Of a stretch of DNA of 64,000 nt, positions 48,750 through 58,348 are shown one piece after another (within the stretch, counting starts at the first letter, position 1; each line of letters opens with the position of its first letter). The stretch covers positions 6,496,001 to 6,560,000 of the forward strand of contig CBDCXR010000004.1 of NCBI GenBank assembly GCA_965223845.1. The letters are read 5' to 3'. The stretch is from Planctomycetota bacterium. GTDB taxonomy: Bacteria > Planctomycetota > UBA8108 > SXIK01. The translations under genes were made by a program, and so were the position numbers. The notes under the pieces are model-generated. The model had not been told where the DNA came from, did not search any database, and was given only the letters and a program-made list of their open reading frames with translations.

Positions 48750-48960
48750 GACACCGCGCGGCCGACCGGCCTCACTCCGTCGGCGCCGACCCGGACCCCT
48801 CGCCAGAGAGAGCCGCGCGAGCGACGGGTCGCCGCACCCGGACGGACCGCTGTGGCCGGGCCGCAGCGGAGTCCGCAAAGGGCGAAGGCGAGGAGAGACT
48901 CTGGCGAAGAATCCGAGCCGGGCTTCCGCGTAAGGCCGGCCGAGCCGGCGGGGACGCGTC
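48750..48960 (-). ncRNA. Candidate structured RNA / 5' leader
   Basis: 13-bp (48930-942/48763-775) and 23-bp (48899-921/48786-808) helices fully paired on the minus strand with 7 G-U pairs; inner hairpins. Confidence 0.55.
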
Positions 48961-49170
48961 AGACTCGTGATCGCTCCCATCGGTAGAGCGATCCAGCGTT
49001 CGTTCCGGAAAGTCTACGATGCCCTCCAGCGACGGTCGAACCGACGGGCCGCGAAGGGAGGAAACGCGTTCGGGCGCGGTAGTTGCCGGAAGCTCCCCCG
49101 CGGGCTCGAGTCGGGCAAGCGTCGACGCGGATGGTTCTCGTCCCGTGACGGGTGACGACGCGCCGGGTGC

Positions 49171-52100
49171 CTAGTCGCTCGCTTCCTCCGCGTCGCGGCG
49201 ATCTCGCTCGTTCGCCGGGCGGCGCCGGGCGGTCTCTCTCGACCGCGGGCGCGGCAGCGAAACGAAGGACTCTCGGGGACGAGCGCCGAGCGCGGATTCG
49301 ATCCCCTCCGCGTAGACGGCCATCTGTGGCCGGTACCGCGCCGCCAATTCGTGGGCGTCCGCCTCGGGGTCGGTCTTGTAGTCGAGGATTTCGATCTGAT
49401 CGTTCTCTTCGAGTACCGCGTCGATCGCTCCGTCCCAACGCTGCCCGGACGCGTCGCGAAGGAGCAGCGGGATCTCGCGGAGATGAGAGGGAATCGCGGC
49501 GATTCGGTCGAGCTCGCGTTCCGGCGCGCGATCGAGTATGCCCCGAATGAGTCGCGCGACGCGTCTCTCGATCTCACGCGGGGCCGTTTCGGTAGCTCGC
49601 ACGGCCGAGAGCACGTTCGCGCGGAGCCAATCCGCATCCTTGCCCGGTGGCCAGCGCTCTAGAAGGAGGTGAAGCGCTCGGCCGACGTGCCGAGCGACCT
49701 CCGCGCTCACATCGGTAGCGCGTTCGCGTGAGTCGTCGGAAACGGTGGCGCTCGGCGCCGCGAATTCAGCCGCGAGGTGGCTTCCGAGTGCGAGCGAAGC
49801 CGCGCGAGATTCGGTCACGGCCGCCTTGACCGCCGCCGGAAGCACCCATTCGCCTCGAGTGATCGGAACGGGCTCGGGATTCTCGATGCGCCGATGCGTG
49901 ACGCCGTCTCGGAGCCGGAGCGGATCGCCGGCGAACGCCGCTCCGGCGTCGTAACCCCAGGTTCGTAGCGCGTCGACACCGCCTCCCTTCAGTCTCGCGC
50001 CGCCGCCGATCGCGAGAACGAGACGTTCGGCCGCGCGCGTTGCAGCGACGTAGAGGAGACGCTTCTCTTCCGCCGCGTCCTGCTCGGCCTCCTCTAGTGG
50101 CTGCCACACCGACGCCGGTGTACGCCGTTCTCCCATCGAGAATGCGAGCGCTGCGAATCCGTCGCGATCGCTCTCGTCGCCCTCGTCTCTTTTCGGGAGG
50201 ACTCGCGCGATCGCGATGGACTTTCTCGGCGGCGGGACCTGAGCGCGGGAGAGCTCCGGGAGGATCACCACCGGCCACTCGAGTCCCTTTGATTTGTGAA
50301 TCGAGAGCACGCGAACCGCATCGAGGCTCTCGTCGGCGAGCGGGCTCTCGGTCTCCTGCTGCTCGAGGGCATCGCTACGCTCGATGCGATCGAGGATCTC
50401 GTCGTCGCGCCACGTGCCCTCGCGCCCCAGCTCGGCGATGTGGAGCACCGCCTTTTCGAGATTGGCGACGCGCTGCGCCCCCCCGTAGCTCGCGGCCATC
50501 GCAGCACGGAGGGGGAGCTCGTCGAGCGCGGCGAAGGCGAGCTCGACGATGTCGCCGTTCGCGTGCTCGCGAGCGAAAGCACGGAACGCGTCGAGTGCAC
50601 GCGAGAGATGGGGAAAGCGGGCGGCGTCCGGTTCGGCGTCGAGATGCCAGAACGCGGGGTTCGTCGAGCGAGCGTAGCGGGCGAGCTCGGGGTCGGGCAC
50701 GCCGCCGATGGGCGAGCGGAGACAGGACACCAGCGCGACGGCGTCCGCGGGGTGAAGGATCGCCCGCAGCACCGTGAGCAGGAGCTCGACCTCGTAGCGC
50801 TCGAAGAATCCGCGCCCGCCTTCGACGACGTACGGGATGTCGCTGTCGCGGAGAGCCCGCAAGTAGATGTTCACCTCCGTGAGCGCGCGAAAGAGAATCG
50901 CGATCTCGCGAGCGGGGCGTCCTCGGCGCATCTCCTCGGCGATCCAAGCGGCGATCGCGCGCGCTTCGAATCGCCGGCGATCGTCCGCCGAGACCGTGTG
51001 GGGACCCACCGTCCAGATTTCGATCGACGGCTCCGGCGATGCTTCGCGCACCGCGCTGAGGTCCTCGAACGGCGGGTCGAGCTCGCGGCGTCTCGGCGGC
51101 GCCGACGCGAACACCTCCGCGAAGAGATCGTTGAGCGGATCGACGACGCCCGGGCGGCTCCGAAAGTTCGCCCGGAGTGTGAGCACGTCGCCGCGCGCGG
51201 CGCAGACGTCATCGACGGCACGCGCGTACGCGGTCATGTCGGCACCACGGAAGCGGTAAATCGACTGCTTCGCGTCGCCGACGATGAAGAGCATCCCCGG
51301 CTCGAGCGCCGGCTCGTAGATCTCGCGCGCAGCGCCGCGACCGGCGAGTGCGAATACGATGTCGTATTGCGCGGGATCCGTATCCTGGAACTCGTCGATG
51401 AGGATTTGTCGAAATCGGGAGGACTCCGCTCGCCGAACGTCCGGGTGCTCGAGGAGGAGATCGCGACCGGCGGCGATGATCCCGTCGAACGTCATCCAGC
51501 CGCGACGCACGTACTCGCGGCGAAACTCACGGCAAAACTCTTCGAGCAAGGCGCCGAATCGACGCGGAAGCGCCGGGTCGCAATCGACGAGGTGACGAGC
51601 CGTCTTGAGGACGCGCTCCACCTCCTTCTGGACTGAATCCCGGTCGCGAAGATTCGACTTGGAGCCCGGCGAAACCGATCGGCGAAGAACCGCTAGCGCT
51701 TGCGCGTCGGGCATGGAGCCATCGCGATGCGCCGTCTCCAGGATTTCGCCGAGTGCTGCGACGTGCTGGAGGAAGGCGGGGCGAACCCGGTCCGCGGTCG
51801 CTACCTCGTCTTCGATCGCGGCGAGGCGCGCCCGGAGGTCCGCGATGATCGAGCGGGCGAGTCGGAGCTGACACTCCGTCGCCTCGCCATCGATCACCGA
51901 AAGCGGAACGCCGAACCGACAGAGCTCGCGGGCCGTCTCCTCGATTTGCCGGACGGTGAACTCGGCGAGCAGGTCGGACCACGCTGCGCCGGAGGAGGAG
52001 TTCGGGTCGAGAGGGGCGTCGAGCGTCTCGTCGACGAAGGCTCGCCACGCGTCGGCGAAGAGGTCGGCGAAGGCCATTCCCTCGCTGTCGACCCGAAAGG

Positions 52101-52554
52101 CCGGGTCGATGCCCGCGGGCCGAGCGTGCCGGCGGAGGATTTCGGCGACGAACGCGTGGATCGTACCCACCGAGGCGCGCTCGAGCACCGAGAGCGCGGC
52201 GCGTGCGCGCTGGACGACTTCCGCTCGATGAGATTCGCCGAGTCGCGCGGACACGCGGCTCGCCTCATCCGGACGATTCGCGGCCGCGGCCTCGAGGTCC
52301 GGCGGCGTGCTCGAGAGCTCGAGAACTCGATCGAGACTCCGTTCGAGTCGCTCGACGAGCTCGCTCGCCGCCTTCTCCGTGAACGTGATCACGGCGAGCT
52401 CGGTGAGCGGCGTACCTTCGGCGAGAACGAGCCACAGAACTCGCTCGACCATCAGGCTCGTCTTTCCCGTCCCGGCGCCGGCGGTGACGACGAGATTGGT
52501 CGCGACGTCCGTGACCGCACGTTCTCGATCGGTGCTGTCGACGAGGGGTGGCAT
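49171..52554 (-). CDS. addA: AddA-type UvrD helicase/nuclease
   Basis: AGAGTGKT, ITFTEKAA, TIHAF, IDEFQDT, VGDAKQSIYRFRGA, NFRS, SIHKSKGLEW, LLYVAATRA, GAID...LDYKT, QMAVY. Confidence 0.88.
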   Translation of the reverse strand: MPPLVDSTDRERAVTDVATNLVVTAGAGTGKTSLMVERVLWLVLAEGTPLTELAVITFTEKAASELVERLERSLDRVLELSSTPPDLEAAAANRPDEASRVSARLGESHRAEVVQRARAALSVLERASVGTIHAFVAEILRRHARPAGIDPAFRVDSEGMAFADLFADAWRAFVDETLDAPLDPNSSSGAAWSDLLAEFTVRQIEETARELCRFGVPLSVIDGEATECQLRLARSIIADLRARLAAIEDEVATADRVRPAFLQHVAALGEILETAHRDGSMPDAQALAVLRRSVSPGSKSNLRDRDSVQKEVERVLKTARHLVDCDPALPRRFGALLEEFCREFRREYVRRGWMTFDGIIAAGRDLLLEHPDVRRAESSRFRQILIDEFQDTDPAQYDIVFALAGRGAAREIYEPALEPGMLFIVGDAKQSIYRFRGADMTAYARAVDDVCAARGDVLTLRANFRSRPGVVDPLNDLFAEVFASAPPRRRELDPPFEDLSAVREASPEPSIEIWTVGPHTVSADDRRRFEARAIAAWIAEEMRRGRPAREIAILFRALTEVNIYLRALRDSDIPYVVEGGRGFFERYEVELLLTVLRAILHPADAVALVSCLRSPIGGVPDPELARYARSTNPAFWHLDAEPDAARFPHLSRALDAFRAFAREHANGDIVELAFAALDELPLRAAMAASYGGAQRVANLEKAVLHIAELGREGTWRDDEILDRIERSDALEQQETESPLADESLDAVRVLSIHKSKGLEWPVVILPELSRAQVPPPRKSIAIARVLPKRDEGDESDRDGFAALAFSMGERRTPASVWQPLEEAEQDAAEEKRLLYVAATRAAERLVLAIGGGARLKGGGVDALRTWGYDAGAAFAGDPLRLRDGVTHRRIENPEPVPITRGEWVLPAAVKAAVTESRAASLALGSHLAAEFAAPSATVSDDSRERATDVSAEVARHVGRALHLLLERWPPGKDADWLRANVLSAVRATETAPREIERRVARLIRGILDRAPERELDRIAAIPSHLREIPLLLRDASGQRWDGAIDAVLEENDQIEILDYKTDPEADAHELAARYRPQMAVYAEGIESALGARPRESFVSLPRPRSRETARRRPANERDRRDAEEASD

Positions 52555-52635
52555 CGGTGGGCGAAGCGTGCGGACGACTCGAAGGGGAAGGAGGTAGCGC
52601 GCTCGCTCTTTTCGAACGAGCGTTTGGGCGGACGT

Positions 52636-53289
52636 CTAGTTTTTGGAGTCGCTCGCCGTTCCGTCGCCTTCCCAGTTGGGATCGGACGCGCGCGAGTAGG
52701 GGATCTCCTTCCCTTGGAGGAGTCGAAGGTAATCCTTCTCCGAGAGTTTCTGCCGTTCGCGAGTCGGCAGCGCGTCGTCCGTCTCCTTGTCGTCGTAGAC
52801 GACTCGCCGACCGTCGCGTCGATGCTCGCGACCGATTTCGTCGGCGATCATCGGCGCGTTCTTGTTCACTTCTTGAAGGAGCGCACCGACTCGCTGCCGA
52901 AGCTCGACCGCGGGGCTGAACGTCTTGTCCACCACGACCGCCTCGGCGATGTCGACCTGCGCATCGAGGAGAAGCGAGATCGCGCGCCGCAGATTGCTCG
53001 ACGCGCCCTCGGATCCGGGCGAGGCCCGGCGATAGAGGCTCCGCGCTTCGGTGTAGTTTTTCTTCGCGTTTTCAAACAGAGCGCGCGCGCGAGCCCGCGC
53101 GACTTCGGACTCCGATGGGCCGGCGGCGGTCTCCGCCCGACGAGTTTCCGCCGAGGTGGACGAGCCGCGGTTGCGGTCGGAATGGAGCTTCCACCCCACG
53201 AGGCCCGCGGCCGCGCACACCGCGATGAGGAGGACCCAGACCACGGGATTCGGCGACGAGCTTCGCGCCCGGTATCTTCGTCTTGCCAC
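52636..53289 (-). CDS. Hypothetical single-TM protein with helical (TPR-like) domain
   Basis: GTG start after GAGGAGG; basic N-terminus and TM helix. Confidence 0.7.
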   Translation of the reverse strand: MARRRYRARSSSPNPVVWVLLIAVCAAAGLVGWKLHSDRNRGSSTSAETRRAETAAGPSESEVARARARALFENAKKNYTEARSLYRRASPGSEGASSNLRRAISLLLDAQVDIAEAVVVDKTFSPAVELRQRVGALLQEVNKNAPMIADEIGREHRRDGRRVVYDDKETDDALPTRERQKLSEKDYLRLLQGKEIPYSRASDPNWEGDGTASDSKN

Positions 53290-53314
53290 CTAGCCCTCCT
53301 CTCGCCGCTCGGTG

Positions 53315-53495
53315 CCGAACCGATCGCTTGGCCGCGGCCCCGCGTCCGGTCGTGAGCGATCCATCCCCGACCGAATGGAAGATCTGGAGCCCGCGCCACT
53401 CGCGGCTCGCCGATCGACCACGTCGGGGGCATCGTAAAAGGGCCGTGACGGCCGTGCAAAAAGAGATCCGTCGCTGTGGGGGGAGATCGGTTCGG
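53315..53495. repeat. Long imperfect intergenic hairpin
   Basis: Perfect 11-bp IR 53315-325/53485-495 enclosing 53365-371/53422-428 and further stems. Confidence 0.5.
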
Positions 53496-53536
53496 ATCGG
53501 CGGCCATCTGCGCCCGCGGATGTTCATTCGTCGACT

Positions 53537-55129
53537 TCAGACGCCGTCGCGAGTCCGTTCCCCGTCGATCGTACGCCAGATGCCGCTCGCGTTCTCGTTC
53601 CGTAGCTCGGGCGGGAGGGAGGCGCCCGGCCAACCCTGGTAGCAGAGCGGGCGGGCGAATCGAGCGATCGCTGCCGTCCCGACCGAGGTCGACCGCGAGT
53701 CCGTCGTGGCGGGGTACGGACCGCCGTGGTGCATCGACGGACAGACCTCGACTCCGGTCGGAAATCCGTTGAGGACCAGTCGGCCGACCTTTGTTTCGAG
53801 GATGCGAATGAGCGACGCGTGCGACCTGAGGTCCTCTTCCGTGGCGTGGACGGTCGCCGTGAGGTGCCCTTCGAGGTGCTGAGCGATCGATTCCATCTCC
53901 TCACGCGTGCCGCAGTGGACGACGAGCGTCGACGGACCGAACACCTCTTCGCTGAGGTCGGGACGGTGGAGAAACGTCTCCGCGTCGGTCGTGTACGCGC
54001 GGGCACGCGCCTCCGTGCGATCGGCGTCAGCGGACGCCGAGGACTCCGCGAGCAGCGTGACTCCACTCGTCGCTTGGAGACGGGTCGCCCCGCACTCGTA
54101 AGCTTCGAGAATGCCGCGATGGAGCATCGTTCCGGCGGGGGCGTCACTCACGGCTCGACGAAGCTGCTGCGTAAACGCCTCGAGCTCGGCGCTCCGGACA
54201 CCTACGACGAGCCCCGGGTTCGTGCAGAACTGACCGACGCCCAGAGTTACCGACTGCGCGAGCGCATCGGCGAAACCCTCCGCGCGCTCCGAGAGCGCGC
54301 CGGGAAGAACGAATACCGGATTGATGCTTCCCATCTCCGCGTAGACCGGGATCGGCTCGGGACGGCGAGCCGCGAGATCGAAGAGCGCCCGACCTCCCTG
54401 GAGGGATCCCGTGAACGCGACGGCTTTCGCCCCGGGATGCTCGACGAGATCCGTGCCGACGCGGTGGCCGCGCCCGTGGATCAGCGAGAACACGCCGTCC
54501 GGCATGCCGGTCTTCTGCGCGGCCGCGAGGACGGCGCGAGCCACGAGCTCGCAGGTACCGGGGTGGGCTGGGTGCGCTTTCACGACGACGGGACAGCCCG
54601 CGGCGAGCGCCGAGGCGGTGTCGCCGCCGGCGACCGAAAACGCGAGCGGGAAGTTGCTCGCACCGAACACGACGACCGGGCCGAGTGGAATCAACATCCG
54701 CCGGACGTCCGGTTTCGGCAGCGGTTCGCGCTCGGGTTGCGCCCGGTCGATGCACGCGTCAACCCATGATCCCTCCCGGACGAGTGCAGCGAACATCCGG
54801 AGCTGCCCGCAGGTTCGCCCGCGCTCTCCGGTGAGGCGAGCCGCCGGGAGCCCCGTCTCTTCGCCCGCGCGCTCGGTGAGCGCGTCGCCGATCGCGTCGA
54901 TCTCGTCCGCGATCTGATTGAGGAAGCCCGCTCGATCCTGCGGAGATCGTTCGCGGTAGGGATCGAACGCCTGAGTCGCCGCAGCGAGAGCCCAGTCGGT
55001 CTCCTTCTCGGTGGCTTCGTCGAACGCCGGATCGAGCTGGGCTCCCGTGGCCGGGTTTACGGCCCGAAACGATTCCTCGCCGGCCGCGACCGTTCGGCGT
55101 CCGATGAAGTGCTTTCCGTGGAGCTCCAT
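53537..55129 (-). CDS. Alpha-ketoglutaric semialdehyde dehydrogenase (NADP+ aldehyde dehydrogenase)
   Basis: FGASNFPLAFSVAGGDTASALAAG, AEMGSINP, GQFCTNPG, EEVFGP, GFPTGVEV, HGGPYPAT. Confidence 0.93.
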   Translation of the reverse strand: MELHGKHFIGRRTVAAGEESFRAVNPATGAQLDPAFDEATEKETDWALAAATQAFDPYRERSPQDRAGFLNQIADEIDAIGDALTERAGEETGLPAARLTGERGRTCGQLRMFAALVREGSWVDACIDRAQPEREPLPKPDVRRMLIPLGPVVVFGASNFPLAFSVAGGDTASALAAGCPVVVKAHPAHPGTCELVARAVLAAAQKTGMPDGVFSLIHGRGHRVGTDLVEHPGAKAVAFTGSLQGGRALFDLAARRPEPIPVYAEMGSINPVFVLPGALSERAEGFADALAQSVTLGVGQFCTNPGLVVGVRSAELEAFTQQLRRAVSDAPAGTMLHRGILEAYECGATRLQATSGVTLLAESSASADADRTEARARAYTTDAETFLHRPDLSEEVFGPSTLVVHCGTREEMESIAQHLEGHLTATVHATEEDLRSHASLIRILETKVGRLVLNGFPTGVEVCPSMHHGGPYPATTDSRSTSVGTAAIARFARPLCYQGWPGASLPPELRNENASGIWRTIDGERTRDGV

Positions 55130-55270
55130 GATCTCGCTGTCCTCGATGGCTTGCGGCTCGTAGAGAGCGCTCGAATCCGCTGCCCCAGCGTGCGACGAAA
55201 CGCGGTCGACGATCCATAGGTCTACGGGAACGACGTCCCGGCGTCTACCGTCACATCGAATCGTGCGATC

Positions 55271-55292
55271 GCGCGGGCTCGCGAGCCCGCGC
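55271..55292. terminator. Perfect 22-bp palindrome just after the FAH gene stop (terminator-like/stabilising hairpin, no U-tract)
   Basis: GCGCGGGCTCGCGAGCCCGCGC. Confidence 0.4.
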
Positions 55293-55301
55293 AGACGAGG
55301 C

Positions 55302-56126
55302 TCACGCGACGGGGTTTTCGAGAACGCCGATGCCCTCGATCGCGATCTCGATGCGGTCGCCCGAGGCGAGGGAGAAGTCGCTCGGAGGGACGATGCCGGT
55401 GCCGGTCATCAAGAGACAACCGTGCGGGAAGCTCGTCTCTCGGAACAGCCAGCTGGCGAGATCGCGCGGTCGGCGCTTCAGCTCCTCGAGCGACGTCTCG
55501 CCGGCGAACGCGACGTCGTCGCCGCGACGGATGTGAAGTGAGATCGCGGTATTCGGGGGCAGCTCGCCGTCTTCGACGAGGAGACAGGGCCCGAGCGCGC
55601 AGCTCCCGTCATAGGTTTTCGCCTGCGGCAGATAGAGCGGGTTCTCGCCTTCGATGTCGCGCGAGCTCATGTCGTTTCCGATCGTATAGCCGACGATCTC
55701 TCCTCGCGCAGAAAGAGCGACGGTGAGCTCGGGTTCCGGAACGTTCCAGCGCGAGTCGCCGCGGATGCGAACGCATTCGCCCGGGCCGACCACGCGGTAG
55801 GGAGGTGCCTTGAAGAAGAGTTCCGGTCGGGCGGCGGAGTAGACGCGATCGTAAAAGTTTCCTCCGCCCGCGGCCTCGGCCTCTTCCATGCGCGCGTCCC
55901 GACTGCGGTAGTACGTCACTCCGGCGGCCCAAACCTCCTGCGTGCCGATCGGGGCACGGAGCTCGGTCGCCGGAGGCGCCGCGATTCTCGACCCGGACGC
56001 CGCGAGCTCTCGCAACCGATCGCCGAGAGCGTCGCTCGCGATGAGAGCGTCCCAGGTTTCCGGAACCGCGATGTACTCACCACCGGTAAAGACGACCGGG
56101 CCGGAGTCGAGTCGATAGAGCTTCAT
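55302..56126 (-). CDS. Fumarylacetoacetate hydrolase family protein (2-keto-3-deoxy-pentonate dehydratase-like)
   Basis: [59 protein letters not shown]. Confidence 0.9.
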   Translation of the reverse strand: MKLYRLDSGPVVFTGGEYIAVPETWDALIASDALGDRLRELAASGSRIAAPPATELRAPIGTQEVWAAGVTYYRSRDARMEEAEAAGGGNFYDRVYSAARPELFFKAPPYRVVGPGECVRIRGDSRWNVPEPELTVALSARGEIVGYTIGNDMSSRDIEGENPLYLPQAKTYDGSCALGPCLLVEDGELPPNTAISLHIRRGDDVAFAGETSLEELKRRPRDLASWLFRETSFPHGCLLMTGTGIVPPSDFSLASGDRIEIAIEGIGVLENPVA

Positions 56127-56292
56127 GGCGGCACTATAGCGCGCGCTCACGGCGGATTCACCGTTCGCCGCCCGCGTTCGGGCTATCGGAACCCGGTTCG
56201 ACAATCTCACGGCACCGGTTGAGAATCGAAATGGGGGACGAGACGACACCGGTTCGTCCACTCAGATCGCCCATCGCGGGAGCCGCGTTTTG

Positions 56293-57303
56293 ATGAAAAT
56301 CCTCGTTGTCGACGACGCCACGGATACTCGCCTCCTCTTGCGATCACTCCTCCGATCCGGTGATCACCACGACATCACCGAGGCGTCATCGGCGAAGGAG
56401 GCCTTTCGCATCCTCGGTATGGAGGGTGACGGGCCCGGGCAGCCGATCGATCTCGTTCTCATGGACCTCCGCATGCCGGAGATGAGCGGGATCGAGGCTT
56501 GCGGTCGAATCAAGTCGGACTCTCGCCTCTGCGATACGCCGATCATCATGGTGACGGCGTGCTCCGATACGGCGAGCCTCGAGGACGCGTTCGAAGCGGG
56601 AGTCACCGACTACATCACGAAGCCGGTCGGGCGTATCGAGTTGCTCGCACGCGTGCGATCGGTGCTCACGCTGAAGAGCGAGATGGACTGCCGAAAGCAG
56701 CGCGAGCTCGAGCTGCTCGAGATTCGTCACCAACTCGAGGAGGCGAACTACGAGCTCAAGAGGCTGTCGATTCAAGACGCTCTCACCGGGATCGCCAATC
56801 GGCGCATTTTCGAGGAACGAATGGACATCGAATGGCGTCGCGCCGTTCGCGACCACAGTCAGGTCGCGCTCATCCTGACGGACGTCGACAACTTCAAGCT
56901 CTTCAACGACACCTATGGCCATCAGGCGGGCGACGAGTGCCTGAAGGCGGTCGCGCGCGCGCTTCAGAGCTGCACGCAACGTCCGGCCGACACCGTCGCG
57001 CGCTTCGGCGGCGAAGAGTTCGTTGCGATTCTTCCGCGCACGGATCTCGAAGGCGCCGTGTTCGTCGCCGAGCGGATGCGCGAGGCGGTGGCGGAGCTCA
57101 AGATCCCTCATTCCCACTCGCCGACGAACACCGTCACGATCAGCCTCGGGTGCGCCGCCGTAACGCCGGCGCCCGATCTGTCGCGGAGCGCGCTTCTCAA
57201 GGCGACCGACGACGCCCTCTATCGCGCCAAGGAGGAGGGACGCAACCGCGTGGTCGTGGACGCGCAGGCCGAGTTCGATGCGGTTCTGACCGAGACCGTT
57301 TGA
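56293..57303 (+). CDS. Response-regulator diguanylate cyclase (REC-GGDEF)
   Basis: ILVVDD, VLMDLRMP, ITKP; DALTGIANRR, DVDNFK..ND..GH..GD, I-site RPAD, RFGGEEF. Confidence 0.95.
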   Translation: MKILVVDDATDTRLLLRSLLRSGDHHDITEASSAKEAFRILGMEGDGPGQPIDLVLMDLRMPEMSGIEACGRIKSDSRLCDTPIIMVTACSDTASLEDAFEAGVTDYITKPVGRIELLARVRSVLTLKSEMDCRKQRELELLEIRHQLEEANYELKRLSIQDALTGIANRRIFEERMDIEWRRAVRDHSQVALILTDVDNFKLFNDTYGHQAGDECLKAVARALQSCTQRPADTVARFGGEEFVAILPRTDLEGAVFVAERMREAVAELKIPHSHSPTNTVTISLGCAAVTPAPDLSRSALLKATDDALYRAKEEGRNRVVVDAQAEFDAVLTETV

Positions 57304-57342
57304 GCGATCTTGAGCGCGCTCTGACCTCGTCGAGGGGAATTG

Positions 57343-57544
57343 CACACGAAGATCGCGAAGGACCGCGAAGAAAGACTAAGGAAGGAAGTTAGAAAGAGAG
57401 GAACGCAGCGGTTGAGTGCCGAACGATCGATCTTGAGCTCAGGACCGGTCTTGGTCGCTGCTCTCTATATCTCTCTATATCTCTCTTTCTCGACTCTTCT
57501 TCGTTCTTCTTCGCGGTCCTTCGCGGTCTTCGTGTGAAACTCTC
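57343..57544. repeat. REP/MITE-like palindromic element, copy 1 (complete)
   Basis: 30-bp arms 57343-372/57507-536 match at 29/30; inner arms 57391-400/57481-490; tandem (ctctctatat)x2.6 at 57461-486; between convergent genes. Confidence 0.88.
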
Positions 57545-57568
57545 CTACTGGACGTATTTGCGTTCTAG

Positions 57569-58288
57569 TCACTCGCCACCCCGATCGCGGCGACCGTCGA
57601 GGATCATGATCTTCTGCCAGATCTTGCGCGCGAGGCCGTTCGTCAAGTCCTCGACTTCGTCGACCGCGGTGAGGACCACGGGATCGGAGAGATCGCCGAC
57701 GTAGAGCGCGCCGATCTTCGAAGTGATGCTGAGGAGCTCGCTGCAGTAGTCGAAGTAGCGACTGAGCTCGAACGGTGTCATCGTGCGGACGGGCGAGTGC
57801 TCGGTTCTGTAACGGTTGGCGAAAGCCGGCTCCGGGTCTTTCGTGAGCTGATGCATGTCGACGATGTGCGCGATCGCGCGGAGCTCGTGAATCGCGCGGA
57901 GCGCTCGCCCGCGCCGGATGCGGTTTTCGATCGTGATCACGAAGATCACGCCGGCGCTGATGAAAACGGCCGCCCCGAGAGCCGCCTCCAAGGTCGCGAG
58001 AAAGTTCGTCAGCTCCCAGATCTCGGCGGAATAGCGAATCTGCGTGAGGGCGATGAAGACCAGCACCGCGAGCCCAGCGGCGGCGATGAGCGTCGACACG
58101 ACCCGGAGGGGAAGATTCGGACGGCGAATCGACCGGCAACGCTCCTGCGCTTCGACTGCGAGCGTATGGAGTTCCGCCGCGACGTCCGCGAGGCTCGCCT
58201 CGGGGAATCGTTCGCGAATTCGCAGCTCGAGCCGCCGCGCGGTCTCGACGACGCGATCGGGTCGAAGCGCTCGATACGTCTTCTTCAT
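57569..58288 (-). CDS. Hypothetical 2-TM membrane protein
   Basis: Two TM helices; AHIVDMHQLTKDP, RYFDYCSELLS, LARKIWQKIM. Confidence 0.82.
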   Translation of the reverse strand: MKKTYRALRPDRVVETARRLELRIRERFPEASLADVAAELHTLAVEAQERCRSIRRPNLPLRVVSTLIAAAGLAVLVFIALTQIRYSAEIWELTNFLATLEAALGAAVFISAGVIFVITIENRIRRGRALRAIHELRAIAHIVDMHQLTKDPEPAFANRYRTEHSPVRTMTPFELSRYFDYCSELLSITSKIGALYVGDLSDPVVLTAVDEVEDLTNGLARKIWQKIMILDGRRDRGGE

Positions 58289-58348
58289 GCCGACTCGCGC
58301 GCTGCTGGACTCTGATCTGCGGTACGGGGGCTCACACTTTGTCGTCCC

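Noticed and set aside
48750-48960. Identification as 6S, SRP, tmRNA or RNase P RNA
   Set aside because: The apical stem is too short for 6S, and there is no SRP helix-8 motif, tRNA-like end or GAGGAAAGTCC. Left as unknown.
57340-57537. 65-aa ORF MHTKIAKDREE...
   Set aside because: It is simply the translation of the palindromic repeat.
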